Part shown: piece by piece, positions 48,665 through 59,596 of the stretch
Layout of the letters: each line of letters begins with the position of its first letter
Numbering within the stretch: the first letter of the stretch is position 1
Origin: Clostridia bacterium
GTDB lineage: Bacteria > Bacillota > Clostridia > RGIG6154
NCBI GenBank assembly: GCA_045589295.1
Contig: JAZNOU010000020.1
Span: 1 to 64,000 of the forward strand
Length of the DNA: 64,000 nucleotides
Direction: 5' to 3'
Program-made: the position numbers and the translations under genes
The notes under the pieces: model-generated
Seen by the model: the letters and a program-made list of their open reading frames with translations, nothing else
Databases searched by the model: none
Told to the model about the DNA's origin: nothing

Positions 48665-50461
48665 TTATTCCCCTTTACATTCCTTTAAATTAATCGGCAG
48701 ATTAACCGTAACGGTTGTACCTTTACCGTACTCACTGTCAATTGAAATCGTTCCTTTATGTGCCTCGATAATTTCTTTTGCAATCGCAAGACCTAATCCT
48801 GTTCCGCCTTGCTTTCTGCTTCTTGCCTTATCAACCCTGTAAAATCTGTCAAAAATCATAGGCAAATCTTTTTCAGGTATTCCTATTCCTGTATCGGACA
48901 CACTGATATAAATAATATCTTCTCTGCCACCGCACAAAACTGAAACAGTTCCGCCTTCTTGCGTATACTTTATAGCATTTGAAATAATGTTTACTACAAC
49001 CTGATTGATTTTATCTTTATCGACAAATATTCTGTCAACGTCCGTACCTTTTACATAGGTAAGTGTAATCTTGCTTTTTTTTGCAGTTATACTCATTGTT
49101 GACACAATCTGTTCAACAAGCCCCTGAACATCGCAAAAAGAAAGTTTAAGTGCATCTTCGGTATGTTCAAGTCTTGATAAAACCAAAAGATCTGTTACAA
49201 GTCTTGTCATTCTGTCCGCTTCGTTATTAATAACAGTTAAAAAATTTCTGCTGACTTCTTTATCATCAATATCATTATCCAGAAGAGTTTCTGAATAAGA
49301 TTTTATATTTGTAAGCGGAGTTCTTAACTCGTGTGAAACATCTGCAACAAACGCTCTTCGTGATTTGTCAAGTTTTTGTTGTTTTGTAATATCCTGAAGT
49401 GCAACAACAACACCTTCTGTTTTATTGAACTCTGTTTTGTAAGGAGCAAAATGAGCACTTATAATCATATCTTCAAATTCAAATTCCCACTCTTTTTTTA
49501 CATCCTCTTTATTTTCAATGATATCCTGCATTGAAATTTCAACATTTAATTTTTCACAAAGTAATGCAAAATCAGAAAGCATACTCTTATCTGCCTTAAG
49601 CATTTTTTCTGCAGACGGATTTATATGAATTAGCTTTCCCCTTAAATCAAAGGCGACTATACCATCATCAAGGTTTTTGATAATAACCTCAATTTTGTCT
49701 TTCTCAGATGAAATCTCATCCAATGTATTTTTTAATTTTGCCGCCATTATATTAAATGTCGTAGTAAGCACACCGAGCTCATCATCGCCCCTTACTTCAA
49801 TAACGCTGTCAAAATTACCCTCTGCCATTCTGCTGGCTTTACCTGTTAAGTTTCTTATAGGTACAGTAATTGTTTTGCTCATAAAAAATCCAATAACAGC
49901 CGCAATAAGGGCACCATAGAGAATAGCCTGCATTACAACCATAAACATATTATGGCTGATTTCCTTTACTTCGGTTTTGTTGTCCATTACATAAATTATG
50001 TAACTTGATTTTTCACTTTTTATGGGATAGGCATAGTCCATAAAGCTTGATTTTACCGATATCTCATCTCCGATATTTCCCGCTATTGCAGATACGATGT
50101 TATTTGTCAGAACTATATCTGTTGCTTCGCCGCTTCCAGTTATATATTTACCCGATGCACCATCTAAAATATAGTAGTTTCGGTTTGTTCCCACGCCAAG
50201 TCTTACTGGAGCAAACGCATCCATAATTTGTTTAAGGCTTCCGACAGGGTCCTGCTCGCTTACTGCCACAGTCAAACTTTTGTTCAAAGATTCGTTAAAT
50301 TCCAAATTCATTTTTTCCTTAAACTGATTGTGATAAAAGCCAGAAACACTGCTTAAAAGAAATGTTCCTGCTATTATCATAACTGACAAAATAAGCAAAA
50401 TGAATATAAAAATCAATTTCCACTGAATTTTATGGAAATTTCTTCTCGCTTTTTTAAACAA
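48665..50461 (-). CDS. WalK-like sensor histidine kinase (TM-TM-HAMP-PAS-HisKA-HATPase)
   Basis: DVSHELRTPLT, NAIKYT, DTGIGIP, FYRVDKARSR, GGTGLGL; TTG at 50461 after GGAGG. Confidence 0.9.
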   Translation of the reverse strand: MFKKARRNFHKIQWKLIFIFILLILSVMIIAGTFLLSSVSGFYHNQFKEKMNLEFNESLNKSLTVAVSEQDPVGSLKQIMDAFAPVRLGVGTNRNYYILDGASGKYITGSGEATDIVLTNNIVSAIAGNIGDEISVKSSFMDYAYPIKSEKSSYIIYVMDNKTEVKEISHNMFMVVMQAILYGALIAAVIGFFMSKTITVPIRNLTGKASRMAEGNFDSVIEVRGDDELGVLTTTFNIMAAKLKNTLDEISSEKDKIEVIIKNLDDGIVAFDLRGKLIHINPSAEKMLKADKSMLSDFALLCEKLNVEISMQDIIENKEDVKKEWEFEFEDMIISAHFAPYKTEFNKTEGVVVALQDITKQQKLDKSRRAFVADVSHELRTPLTNIKSYSETLLDNDIDDKEVSRNFLTVINNEADRMTRLVTDLLVLSRLEHTEDALKLSFCDVQGLVEQIVSTMSITAKKSKITLTYVKGTDVDRIFVDKDKINQVVVNIISNAIKYTQEGGTVSVLCGGREDIIYISVSDTGIGIPEKDLPMIFDRFYRVDKARSRKQGGTGLGLAIAKEIIEAHKGTISIDSEYGKGTTVTVNLPINLKECKGE

Positions 50462-50518
50462 ACAAGCGTTCCTCCCTCTCATCAAATAGGTATACAAGTT
50501 TACACAATACCATTAAAT

Positions 50519-50603
50519 AGTATATCATAAAATCGGATTTTGTCAATAAAGAGTAACTTTAACCTTTTTTTGAGTTGACTTTTGTTTTAGCTGGTGGTAT
50601 AAT
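50519..50603. promoter_or_regulatory. Divergent sigma-A promoters (kinase on -, guaB on +)
   Basis: Minus strand TTGACA-16-TATACT (50546-50519); plus strand TTGACT-17-TATAAT (50575-50603). Confidence 0.7.
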
Positions 50604-50616
50604 AAATAAAATATAA

Positions 50617-52122
<1,506 letters not shown>

Positions 52123-52139
52123 TTATCGGAGTAATTTCA

Positions 52140-53360
52140 ATGTACAGTGTAATCCTTGTATCTTCTGCAAAGCACGTTACAGAAAGTTTTAATTCTATGC
52201 ATCTTTGGGAAAACCAAAGTTTTAACTTAGAGCTCGTAACAAGCGACTTGCAGGAAGCATTACAAAAGACACCTGATGTTTTGATTTGTCCTTTTAACAA
52301 TCCTGATTTTTCCGGGTGCGAACTCGCAAGAAAATTGTTTGTTGATAAAAGCAAAACAAAGGTGGTACTATACGGAAGAAAATCATACGACTCAGTTAAA
52401 TCAGCCATCAATGCAAGGGCGTGGGGATATCTCTCCATGCCTCTTGAACTTGATGACTTTTTTTCTCTGTTTATAAATTTAAGACAATATCTTGATACAG
52501 AATCAAAAGATTCTCTCCCTCACTTTGACCTGACTCAATTAAGATGTGAATTCTTTCAAAAACTTTTATCTCAGACAATCAGTGAAAAATCAGAGGTTGA
52601 AAAAGAGTTTTCAATGCTGCGACTTCCCGTTAGCTACACTGAAGATTCGTGTACAATTATACATTTTACAATCAATAATTTTTCAGGATATTTAACAAAT
52701 AAGTGGAAATACGGTAAAGATGCTCTTTATGTTGCAGTAAATAACTTTATTGCAATAAACAGGTCCGACATTATATCTCTTCCAGTTAACACATCTGATA
52801 ACAATGTCTATATTGCTGTGTTTGGTCTTTCTGATGATGAAATATGTTCTAAATATGCAGAAACCACAAAAAATTTATATGACATTATGGGCATTGAGCT
52901 TTCGTATGCAATCATCCGAAAATACCACTCACTTTATGATATTTTTGACAAAAAAGACATTCAGCTACTTTCTCAAAGTGTATCTTTGGTCATATCAGAT
53001 ACCACTGGAATTAACTACGATACTGATGCAGACAACGATGCTGTTGTTCTTGCTAAAAAATATATTGCCAAAAGCTATCAAAAAGAAATCTGTCTTGATG
53101 ATGTGGCAAGATATGTAGATTTGAGTTCTGCGTATTTCAGCAGATTGTTTAAGCAACAAACCGGAGAAAATTTTATTGACTACCTTATTAAAATCAGAAT
53201 GGAAAAAGGTAAGTCGCTCCTTGCTGAAACCAACTTAAAAACCTACCAAATAGGTGAACGCGTAGGATATAACAACAGCAAATATTTCTGTAAGCTTTTT
53301 AAAAACTACACAGGTTACACACCTACAGAATATCGTACTAAAATCAAAAGAATGCATTAA
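52140..53360 (+). CDS. YesN-like AraC regulator with degenerate (pseudo) receiver domain
   Basis: Receiver-like N-terminus without the conserved Asp/Lys; C-terminal AraC HTH (YFSRLFKQQTG...YFCKLFK..TGYTPTEYR). Confidence 0.85.
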   Translation: MYSVILVSSAKHVTESFNSMHLWENQSFNLELVTSDLQEALQKTPDVLICPFNNPDFSGCELARKLFVDKSKTKVVLYGRKSYDSVKSAINARAWGYLSMPLELDDFFSLFINLRQYLDTESKDSLPHFDLTQLRCEFFQKLLSQTISEKSEVEKEFSMLRLPVSYTEDSCTIIHFTINNFSGYLTNKWKYGKDALYVAVNNFIAINRSDIISLPVNTSDNNVYIAVFGLSDDEICSKYAETTKNLYDIMGIELSYAIIRKYHSLYDIFDKKDIQLLSQSVSLVISDTTGINYDTDADNDAVVLAKKYIAKSYQKEICLDDVARYVDLSSAYFSRLFKQQTGENFIDYLIKIRMEKGKSLLAETNLKTYQIGERVGYNNSKYFCKLFKNYTGYTPTEYRTKIKRMH

Positions 53361-53392
53361 AAAAACGGATGTGAATTTCACATCCGTTTTTT
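53359..53392. terminator. Bidirectional intrinsic terminator
   Basis: AAAAAACGGATGTGA-ATT-TCACATCCGTTTTTT. Confidence 0.88.
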
Positions 53393-53393
53393 A

Positions 53394-54296
53394 TTATTCT
53401 ATTATACTTTCATCTCTTACAAACGGCTCATTTATTAGCATATGAATAAACGATTCATTTTTCTGTCCTTCGATTAAGAACTGAACCTTTTCAACCCCGT
53501 CAAGTTCTGTTAAAGTGTTTACAATTGAATAAATTGTAAGCTGTTCGCTGGCTGTTCCGCCTGTATGTCTTGATACAAATTCCTGCGAAAGATTTACAAA
53601 GCAAACTTCATCTTTTGTCTCTACCGACAAAATTTTTGTTTCTGACGGAATAGTTTTACTGTTGTTCTTAAACTTAGGTCCTTTCATCAATTCTTTGAGT
53701 GCCTGAATTTCAAGAGACTCTTTTTCATTAACGGTTATTTTTCTAGATTCGCTTACCAAATATGAACCATCACCATTGGCAAAATAAAGTGTTATATATT
53801 GCTGAGTCTTTATTTCAGGTGTGGTATCATACACAATGTCGTTTTTGTTCATAATTCCAAACACATTGCCCATGGAATTAACAAAATCTCCTCCGTCTAC
53901 CGTAATTAAAACTCTGCTTATTCCCTCAATTTCTGAAACTGTCCTTAAAACCGATGTGCTTAAAAGCAAAGTATCTGCATCATTTTCAAGACAAACATCA
54001 TCAGAAAAATCAATTATTGCAAGGTCACCTGTAACACTAACGTCATTAACCTGAGTTTCTTTTGGTATAATAGCGTTATATTCAGCATTTTTAGGTCCTT
54101 TGACCAACTCTTTTACAACATGCATCGCAATGCTCTGGTCATCTTTTATTAATATATCTCTTGTTTCACTCACAAGTTCTGTGCTGTTAGAATTGGCAAA
54201 ATATAGCTTCGCAGTGTACTGCAGTGTCTTATTTTTACAAGATGTACCCCCAAGCACAAGTACACACGCCAATAGCACACATATTATTTTTTTCAT
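53394..54296 (-). CDS. Lipoprotein with two GerMN domains
   Basis: Signal peptide ending GGTS-C; two repeats of LYFAN...LVSE.R...EL.KGP...IP.ET; IVNTLTEL..V.KVQFLIEG. Confidence 0.85.
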   Translation of the reverse strand: MKKIICVLLACVLVLGGTSCKNKTLQYTAKLYFANSNSTELVSETRDILIKDDQSIAMHVVKELVKGPKNAEYNAIIPKETQVNDVSVTGDLAIIDFSDDVCLENDADTLLLSTSVLRTVSEIEGISRVLITVDGGDFVNSMGNVFGIMNKNDIVYDTTPEIKTQQYITLYFANGDGSYLVSESRKITVNEKESLEIQALKELMKGPKFKNNSKTIPSETKILSVETKDEVCFVNLSQEFVSRHTGGTASEQLTIYSIVNTLTELDGVEKVQFLIEGQKNESFIHMLINEPFVRDESIIE

Positions 54297-55744
54297 AGCC
54301 CTACCTCCTGAACCTTTTGGTCATCAAGCTGTAATTTTTTCGGTACTATTATTATAAACTTTGTTCCCACACCTTCGGTGCTGTCAACTAAAATTTTTCC
54401 TTCGTGCATCATAACTACGTCATTTGCAATAGAAAGCCCCAGTCCTGTACCGCCACTTTCTCTTGCACGTGCTTTATCCACACGGTAAAATCTGTCAAAG
54501 ATTTTGTTGATATCATCTTCGGGAATTCCTATTCCTGTATCAACAATTTCAATACGGCAAAATTCGCCATCATTAAACACGTAAACAGTTACTATACCAC
54601 CTGAAGGTGTATATTTTATTGCATTATCGGTAATGTTATACACCACCTGCCAGAATTTTTCTCTGTCTACCATTGCAAGTGCTTCTTTATTAGTTGCATT
54701 GGAAAGGGTTACATTCTTATCCTCGGAAACAGGGAGCAAACTTTTTACAATTCTGTCTGCCATTTCGTTAAGGTCAGTAACTTTTAAATCCAGCTGGTCA
54801 TCACCCACATCAAGTTTTGTCAAAGATAAAAGCCTGTCAATAATTTTTGTGAGTCTGTCAATTTCTCCGTTGATATCTCCCATAAACTCACGCACGCTTT
54901 CTTCATCCAGCTCATTCATTGACAGAATTGAGTCCGACAGAAGCTTTATTGAACTTAGAGGAGTTTTTAATTCGTGTGAAGCATTTGAAACAAAAAGTCT
55001 TCTCTTTTCTTCCATCTCTTCAAGTTTGTCAATAAGAGAGTTAAATGCAACTCCGAGTTCAGCTACCTCGTCTTTTCCCATAACAGGAACGTGTTTATCG
55101 GGGGTATCCCCTTCCATCCCTCTTATTATCCTTGTAAATCTTTCAATTGGTCCTATGATAACATCGGACATAACCGAGCTTAATACGCCAATCAACAAGC
55201 AAACTATAAGCGAAATAACAATTAAAATCCATCTTACATTAGCAACGAACTCATCAATTGAAGATGCAACCTCAGAGACATATACAACACCAACAGTTTC
55301 AGACTCGCGTATAACAGAAACCGCACCCTGAATTACCGTACCTATATCTTTTTCCTTGTTGGCACTTACAACATCATTGCCTTTTAAAGCTGACATAATT
55401 TCCTGCTTAATCAAAACTTTGCCGAATATGCTGTTATTATTTGACGAGTCATAAATAACAGTCGCTGTTGCGTCTGTGATGATAATTCTGGCTGAAGTAC
55501 TTGCATTTGTTCTTTCTACAATATACGAAACAGCTGCAGGATCGTCCATATACTCTGCAACTACATTTGCAATTACATTTGCATTTGCAAGTGTTTCTAC
55601 TTTTTGCTGATTATTCAGATACTGACTCATTGATACTAAGACGTAAGTTGAAATAAACAAAAGTGTAAGCACGATAATACTTATGTACGTAACAACAAGT
55701 CTAATTCTCGTAACACCAATTTTTTTCTTATGCGTTCTTAAAAT
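54293..55744 (-). CDS. HAMP-domain sensor histidine kinase (start uncertain)
   Basis: NASHELKTPL, NAIKYT, FYRVDKARAR, GGTGLGL; frame stays open upstream of the track start (55672) to 55750. Confidence 0.88.
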   Translation of the reverse strand: MLRTHKKKIGVTRIRLVVTYISIIVLTLLFISTYVLVSMSQYLNNQQKVETLANANVIANVVAEYMDDPAAVSYIVERTNASTSARIIITDATATVIYDSSNNNSIFGKVLIKQEIMSALKGNDVVSANKEKDIGTVIQGAVSVIRESETVGVVYVSEVASSIDEFVANVRWILIVISLIVCLLIGVLSSVMSDVIIGPIERFTRIIRGMEGDTPDKHVPVMGKDEVAELGVAFNSLIDKLEEMEEKRRLFVSNASHELKTPLSSIKLLSDSILSMNELDEESVREFMGDINGEIDRLTKIIDRLLSLTKLDVGDDQLDLKVTDLNEMADRIVKSLLPVSEDKNVTLSNATNKEALAMVDREKFWQVVYNITDNAIKYTPSGGIVTVYVFNDGEFCRIEIVDTGIGIPEDDINKIFDRFYRVDKARARESGGTGLGLSIANDVVMMHEGKILVDSTEGVGTKFIIIVPKKLQLDDQKVQEVGL

Positions 55745-56411
55745 AGTATCCTACCCCCCATTTGGTAAGTATATATTTCGGCTGAGCAGGGTCTGTTTCA
55801 ATTTTTTCTCTAAGGCGTCTTACATGAACATCAACTGTCCTTGCATCGCCCGGATAATCATATCCCCATATAAGATTCAAAAGGTCATCTCTTGAATAAA
55901 CTCTGCCAGGGTTTGACAAAAGCAAATCCATAATATCATACTCTTTAACAGTAAGTTCTATTTTTTTGCCTTCAATATCTACACGTCTGGTCATTCTGTC
56001 AAGAACTACACCAAAAGCAGAAAGGTTATTTTCCTGTCCGCTTTCCACGTCGCGTGATTTTCTTCTTAAAATAGCTTTAACTCTTGCTTTAAGTTCTAAA
56101 ATATTAAAAGGCTTTGTCATATAATCATCTGCGCCGTAGTCAAGCCCCATAATTTTATCAATATCATCGCTTTTGGCAGTGAGCATAATAATTGGCACGT
56201 TTGAGGTTTCCCTTACTTTCTGGCAAACTTCCAATCCATCCATTTTAGGGAGCATCAAATCTAATATTATAAGGTCAATACTCTTGTCCTTTGCAGCTTT
56301 TACAGCTTCTTCACCGTCAAATGCAGTGACAACCTCATAGTTATCCTGCTCAAAGTTGAATTTTAGACCTTTTACAAGCAGTTTTTCGTCATCAACAATC
56401 AAGAGTTTCAA
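55728..56411 (-). CDS. OmpR/PhoB family response regulator
   Basis: VDDE, LDLMLP, LTAK, KPF, RTVDVHVRRLR, WGVGYYF. Confidence 0.95.
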   Translation of the reverse strand: MKLLIVDDEKLLVKGLKFNFEQDNYEVVTAFDGEEAVKAAKDKSIDLIILDLMLPKMDGLEVCQKVRETSNVPIIMLTAKSDDIDKIMGLDYGADDYMTKPFNILELKARVKAILRRKSRDVESGQENNLSAFGVVLDRMTRRVDIEGKKIELTVKEYDIMDLLLSNPGRVYSRDDLLNLIWGYDYPGDARTVDVHVRRLREKIETDPAQPKYILTKWGVGYYFKNA

Positions 56412-56441
56412 TTTGTATTCTTCCTTTCTTCCGTGTTAAAA

Positions 56442-57626
56442 CTATCTATATCTCCTATTAAGATTTCTTCTTCTCTTCTTTTTTTTGTTATGCCTTATTA
56501 TAAGCACAATATACATAAATATAATCCATGCAACAAAAATGATTATTGCCCACAATATAATATAAAGCATTATTTTCCAAAGTGGCATTCTTACATCAAC
56601 CTCAACATCCAAAGTTGCCATAATTGCGCCTGTTTCTGATATAACATCTACACCTTCATTACTGAATGAATATGTGAACTCCTTAGACTTGTCCTTGTCA
56701 ACCCAGAAGGTAACTTCTCCTTTTGGTGTGTATGTAGTATATTTTTGAGTTTTAGGTGCTACATCCTTGTGTGTTATTGTAACACTGTCAAGTGAATTAT
56801 AGGCATATTTTAACAATTTTTCAGTATCGTCATAAACTGTATTGAAGTCAGGTGCTTTAAGCACAACCGCTATAACAGATATACCATTTTTCTCACCGTA
56901 AGTAACCAGAGTATGCTTTGATTCTGTTGTATATCCTGCCTTACCTCCAATTACACCAAGTCCTTCATATTTTGGCCAGTGCATCATTCTGTGCTGAGCC
57001 ACCATATTGCGCATTTCGTCTTTCTTGTTTGTATAAGGAATAGAATACTCAACCTCTGAAAAAACCTTCATAAACTCTTTGTTCTTAATAGCATTCTGCG
57101 TTATAAGTGCAAAATCAAAGGCAGATGTATAGTGGTCTTCATCCATAAGTCCGTTAGCATTTGCAAAATTAGTATTTCTTGTTCCCATTTGTCTTGCAGT
57201 TTTATTCATCAAACTCACAAATTCTTCTATGGAACCAGAAATATGCTCCGCAATAACATTGCAGGCATCATTTGCAGACATAAGCTGGGCTGCATACATA
57301 AGTTGTTCAAGCGAAAACTCCTCGCCGTAATCAATAGCTATATTTGAAGTATCTCTCGGAACCGCTTGAATAGCCGCTTCCGACGCTTTTGCAATATCAG
57401 TATTTTCGCTTTGTGCCGCCAAATACAACGTCATTATTTTGGTAATGCTTGCAGGGTAGAGTTTTTGGTCTTTGTTCTTTTCATACAAAATCTGACCTGT
57501 TTGTGCATCAATCAAAACCGCCGCATCACTCTTAATTTTTGGAATTTCGGCACTTACATTTTCTATACATGTCATGCAAATCACAAATGTCAAAATAACC
57601 GCCGTTAATCGTTTTAACATTTTCAT
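56442..57626 (-). CDS. D-alanyl-D-alanine carboxypeptidase (peptidase S11), C-terminal TM anchor
   Basis: PASITK (SxxK), SAN (SxN), NANGL, KAG at the KTG position. Confidence 0.9.
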   Translation of the reverse strand: MKMLKRLTAVILTFVICMTCIENVSAEIPKIKSDAAVLIDAQTGQILYEKNKDQKLYPASITKIMTLYLAAQSENTDIAKASEAAIQAVPRDTSNIAIDYGEEFSLEQLMYAAQLMSANDACNVIAEHISGSIEEFVSLMNKTARQMGTRNTNFANANGLMDEDHYTSAFDFALITQNAIKNKEFMKVFSEVEYSIPYTNKKDEMRNMVAQHRMMHWPKYEGLGVIGGKAGYTTESKHTLVTYGEKNGISVIAVVLKAPDFNTVYDDTEKLLKYAYNSLDSVTITHKDVAPKTQKYTTYTPKGEVTFWVDKDKSKEFTYSFSNEGVDVISETGAIMATLDVEVDVRMPLWKIMLYIILWAIIIFVAWIIFMYIVLIIRHNKKKKRRRNLNRRYR

Positions 57627-57639
57627 CTTTTTCCCACCA

Positions 57640-58422
57640 CTATCTGATTTTAATTATTTTCTTTGGACATTTTTCTGCACAAAATCCGCAGCCTGTGCAT
57701 TTTTCAGTATTAATAACTGCAAGATTATCAACAACCGAAATTGCCTCTGCCTCACAGTTTTTCTCACAAATTCTGCATCCGATACATCCTGTTTTACAGT
57801 TATCCTTAACTACAATCCCTTTATCCAAAGACGAACATTTAACGTAGACTTTTGTTTTCTTTGGCATAATTTTAATCACCTTTTTAGGACACACCGAGGC
57901 GCAAACCCCGCAACCTGTGCATTTTTCGTAGTCAACACTAACTATACTATCTTTGATTTCAAGTGCTCCAAAAGCACATTTTTTTACGCAATCACCATAT
58001 CCTAAGCAAGCGTATTTACAAAGTTTGTCGCCATCTTTTAACTTATTAATATCATAACAACTTATGCTTCCGTCAAAATCATATTTTTTTATGGCAATAT
58101 CAGTTTTACCAGAACACATAACAAACGCTGCCTTTGGCTCGTTTTTTTCTGCTTTAATCCCCATTATTTCAGCAATTTTATCAACATTTAAACATCCGGG
58201 ACAAATATTAACATTCGCTTTGCCCTCAACTATTGCCGCCGCACATGCACTGCAACCTGCATAACCGCATCCTCCGCAGTTTGCTCCCGGGAGAAGTTCA
58301 CATATCAGTCCTATTCTTTCATCTGTTTTTACTTCAAACAACTTAGATGCAATACTTAAAATAATCCCAACTGCTAAACCTATTGCACCGAAAAGCAGAA
58401 CAGGAACGATAATTTCATTCAT
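57640..58422 (-). CDS. rnfB: Rnf complex subunit B
   Basis: LPGANCGGCGYAGC and several ferredoxin motifs. Confidence 0.93.
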   Translation of the reverse strand: MNEIIVPVLLFGAIGLAVGIILSIASKLFEVKTDERIGLICELLPGANCGGCGYAGCSACAAAIVEGKANVNICPGCLNVDKIAEIMGIKAEKNEPKAAFVMCSGKTDIAIKKYDFDGSISCYDINKLKDGDKLCKYACLGYGDCVKKCAFGALEIKDSIVSVDYEKCTGCGVCASVCPKKVIKIMPKKTKVYVKCSSLDKGIVVKDNCKTGCIGCRICEKNCEAEAISVVDNLAVINTEKCTGCGFCAEKCPKKIIKIR

Positions 58423-58434
58423 TTAATCCACCCC

Positions 58435-59013
58435 TTACATTCCTGCAAATCCTAAAAAGGCTATTGAAATAAGCGCTGCTGAAACCAAAACAATCGGAAA
58501 ACCCTGCATAAATTTTGGAATTCTTGCAGTTTCAAGTCTTTCTCTTACACCTGAAAGTAACACAATTGCAACAGTAAACCCTATCGCAGCAAAGAAATTA
58601 AACACAATGGTTTCCAAAAGTCCATAGTTAAATGTATCAACAGCAAGTAAAACTGCGCCTAAAACTGCGCAATTAGTTGTAATAAGCGGCAAATATATTC
58701 CAAGTGCCGAGTATAGCGAAGGTGAATATTTTTGGAGTGCCATCTCAACAAACTGAACCAGTGCAGCTATAACAAATATGAACACAATAGTTTTCATATA
58801 CTGCATATTAAATGCTACAAGAATGTATTTGTTAATAAGCCAGGTTATAGTTCCTGCCATGGTCATTACAAAAGTAACTGCCATACCCATACCAACGGCG
58901 GTTGATGTTTTTTTAGAAACGCCTAAAAAAGCACATATTCCCATAAATCTTGACAAAACAAAGTTGTTAATCAAAATTGCAGCAATAGCAATTTTGAAGA
59001 TGTTTTCAAACAT
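58435..59013 (-). CDS. rnfA: Rnf complex subunit A
   Basis: NNFVL..FMGIC, LPLITTNCAVLG. Confidence 0.95.
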   Translation of the reverse strand: MFENIFKIAIAAILINNFVLSRFMGICAFLGVSKKTSTAVGMGMAVTFVMTMAGTITWLINKYILVAFNMQYMKTIVFIFVIAALVQFVEMALQKYSPSLYSALGIYLPLITTNCAVLGAVLLAVDTFNYGLLETIVFNFFAAIGFTVAIVLLSGVRERLETARIPKFMQGFPIVLVSAALISIAFLGFAGM

Positions 59014-59596
59014 TCTTTTTGCCCTCCTTTATGAGATTTATAGCTCCCAATATCATTCCAAGTGTCAAAAACCCACCCGCAGGTAAAATAAACATTGTTG
59101 CAGGCTGATAACCGCTTGTAAATACCGGAAGTCCGCACCACGTACCTGTACCTAAGATTTCTCTTATGGTTGCGATTATAATAAGTGCAAACGTAAACCC
59201 AAGCCCCATTGAAAGTCCATCAACTATTGATGGTAAAATTTTATTTTTAGAAGCAAATGCTTCTGCGCGTGCTAAAATTATGCAATTTACTACAATTAGA
59301 GGAATAAACACGCCAAGCGCTTCTGAAAGTTCAGGTAAATAAGCATTTAACAGCATTTCAACTATTGTAACAAACGCTGCAATAATTGCAATATATGCCG
59401 CAATTCTTACCTTTTTAGGAATAAGTTTTCTAAGTGCTGATATAACCGCATTTGAACAAATCAAAACTACTGTTGCAGAAAGTCCCATACCAATTGCATT
59501 AATAACCGATGTAGTTGTGGCAAGCGACGGGCACATACCAAGCAAAAGTACCAAAACGGGATTTTCTTTAACGAAACCTTTTGTAAAATTGTTCAT
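59006..59596 (-). CDS. rnfE: Rnf complex subunit E
   Basis: ENPV...LGMCP, IPLIVVNCIILARAEAFA. Confidence 0.95.
   Translation of the reverse strand: MNNFTKGFVKENPVLVLLLGMCPSLATTTSVINAIGMGLSATVVLICSNAVISALRKLIPKKVRIAAYIAIIAAFVTIVEMLLNAYLPELSEALGVFIPLIVVNCIILARAEAFASKNKILPSIVDGLSMGLGFTFALIIIATIREILGTGTWCGLPVFTSGYQPATMFILPAGGFLTLGMILGAINLIKEGKKNV

Noticed and set aside
54474-54482. Perfect DnaA box TTATCCACA
   Set aside because: Single copy inside the kinase gene, explained by the conserved RVDK codons on the minus strand; not an oriC signal
54633-55331. 232-aa plus-strand ORF and the many other short antisense ORFs in the track
   Set aside because: Shadows of well-supported opposite-strand genes; Ser/Ile/Leu-rich, no motifs recognised
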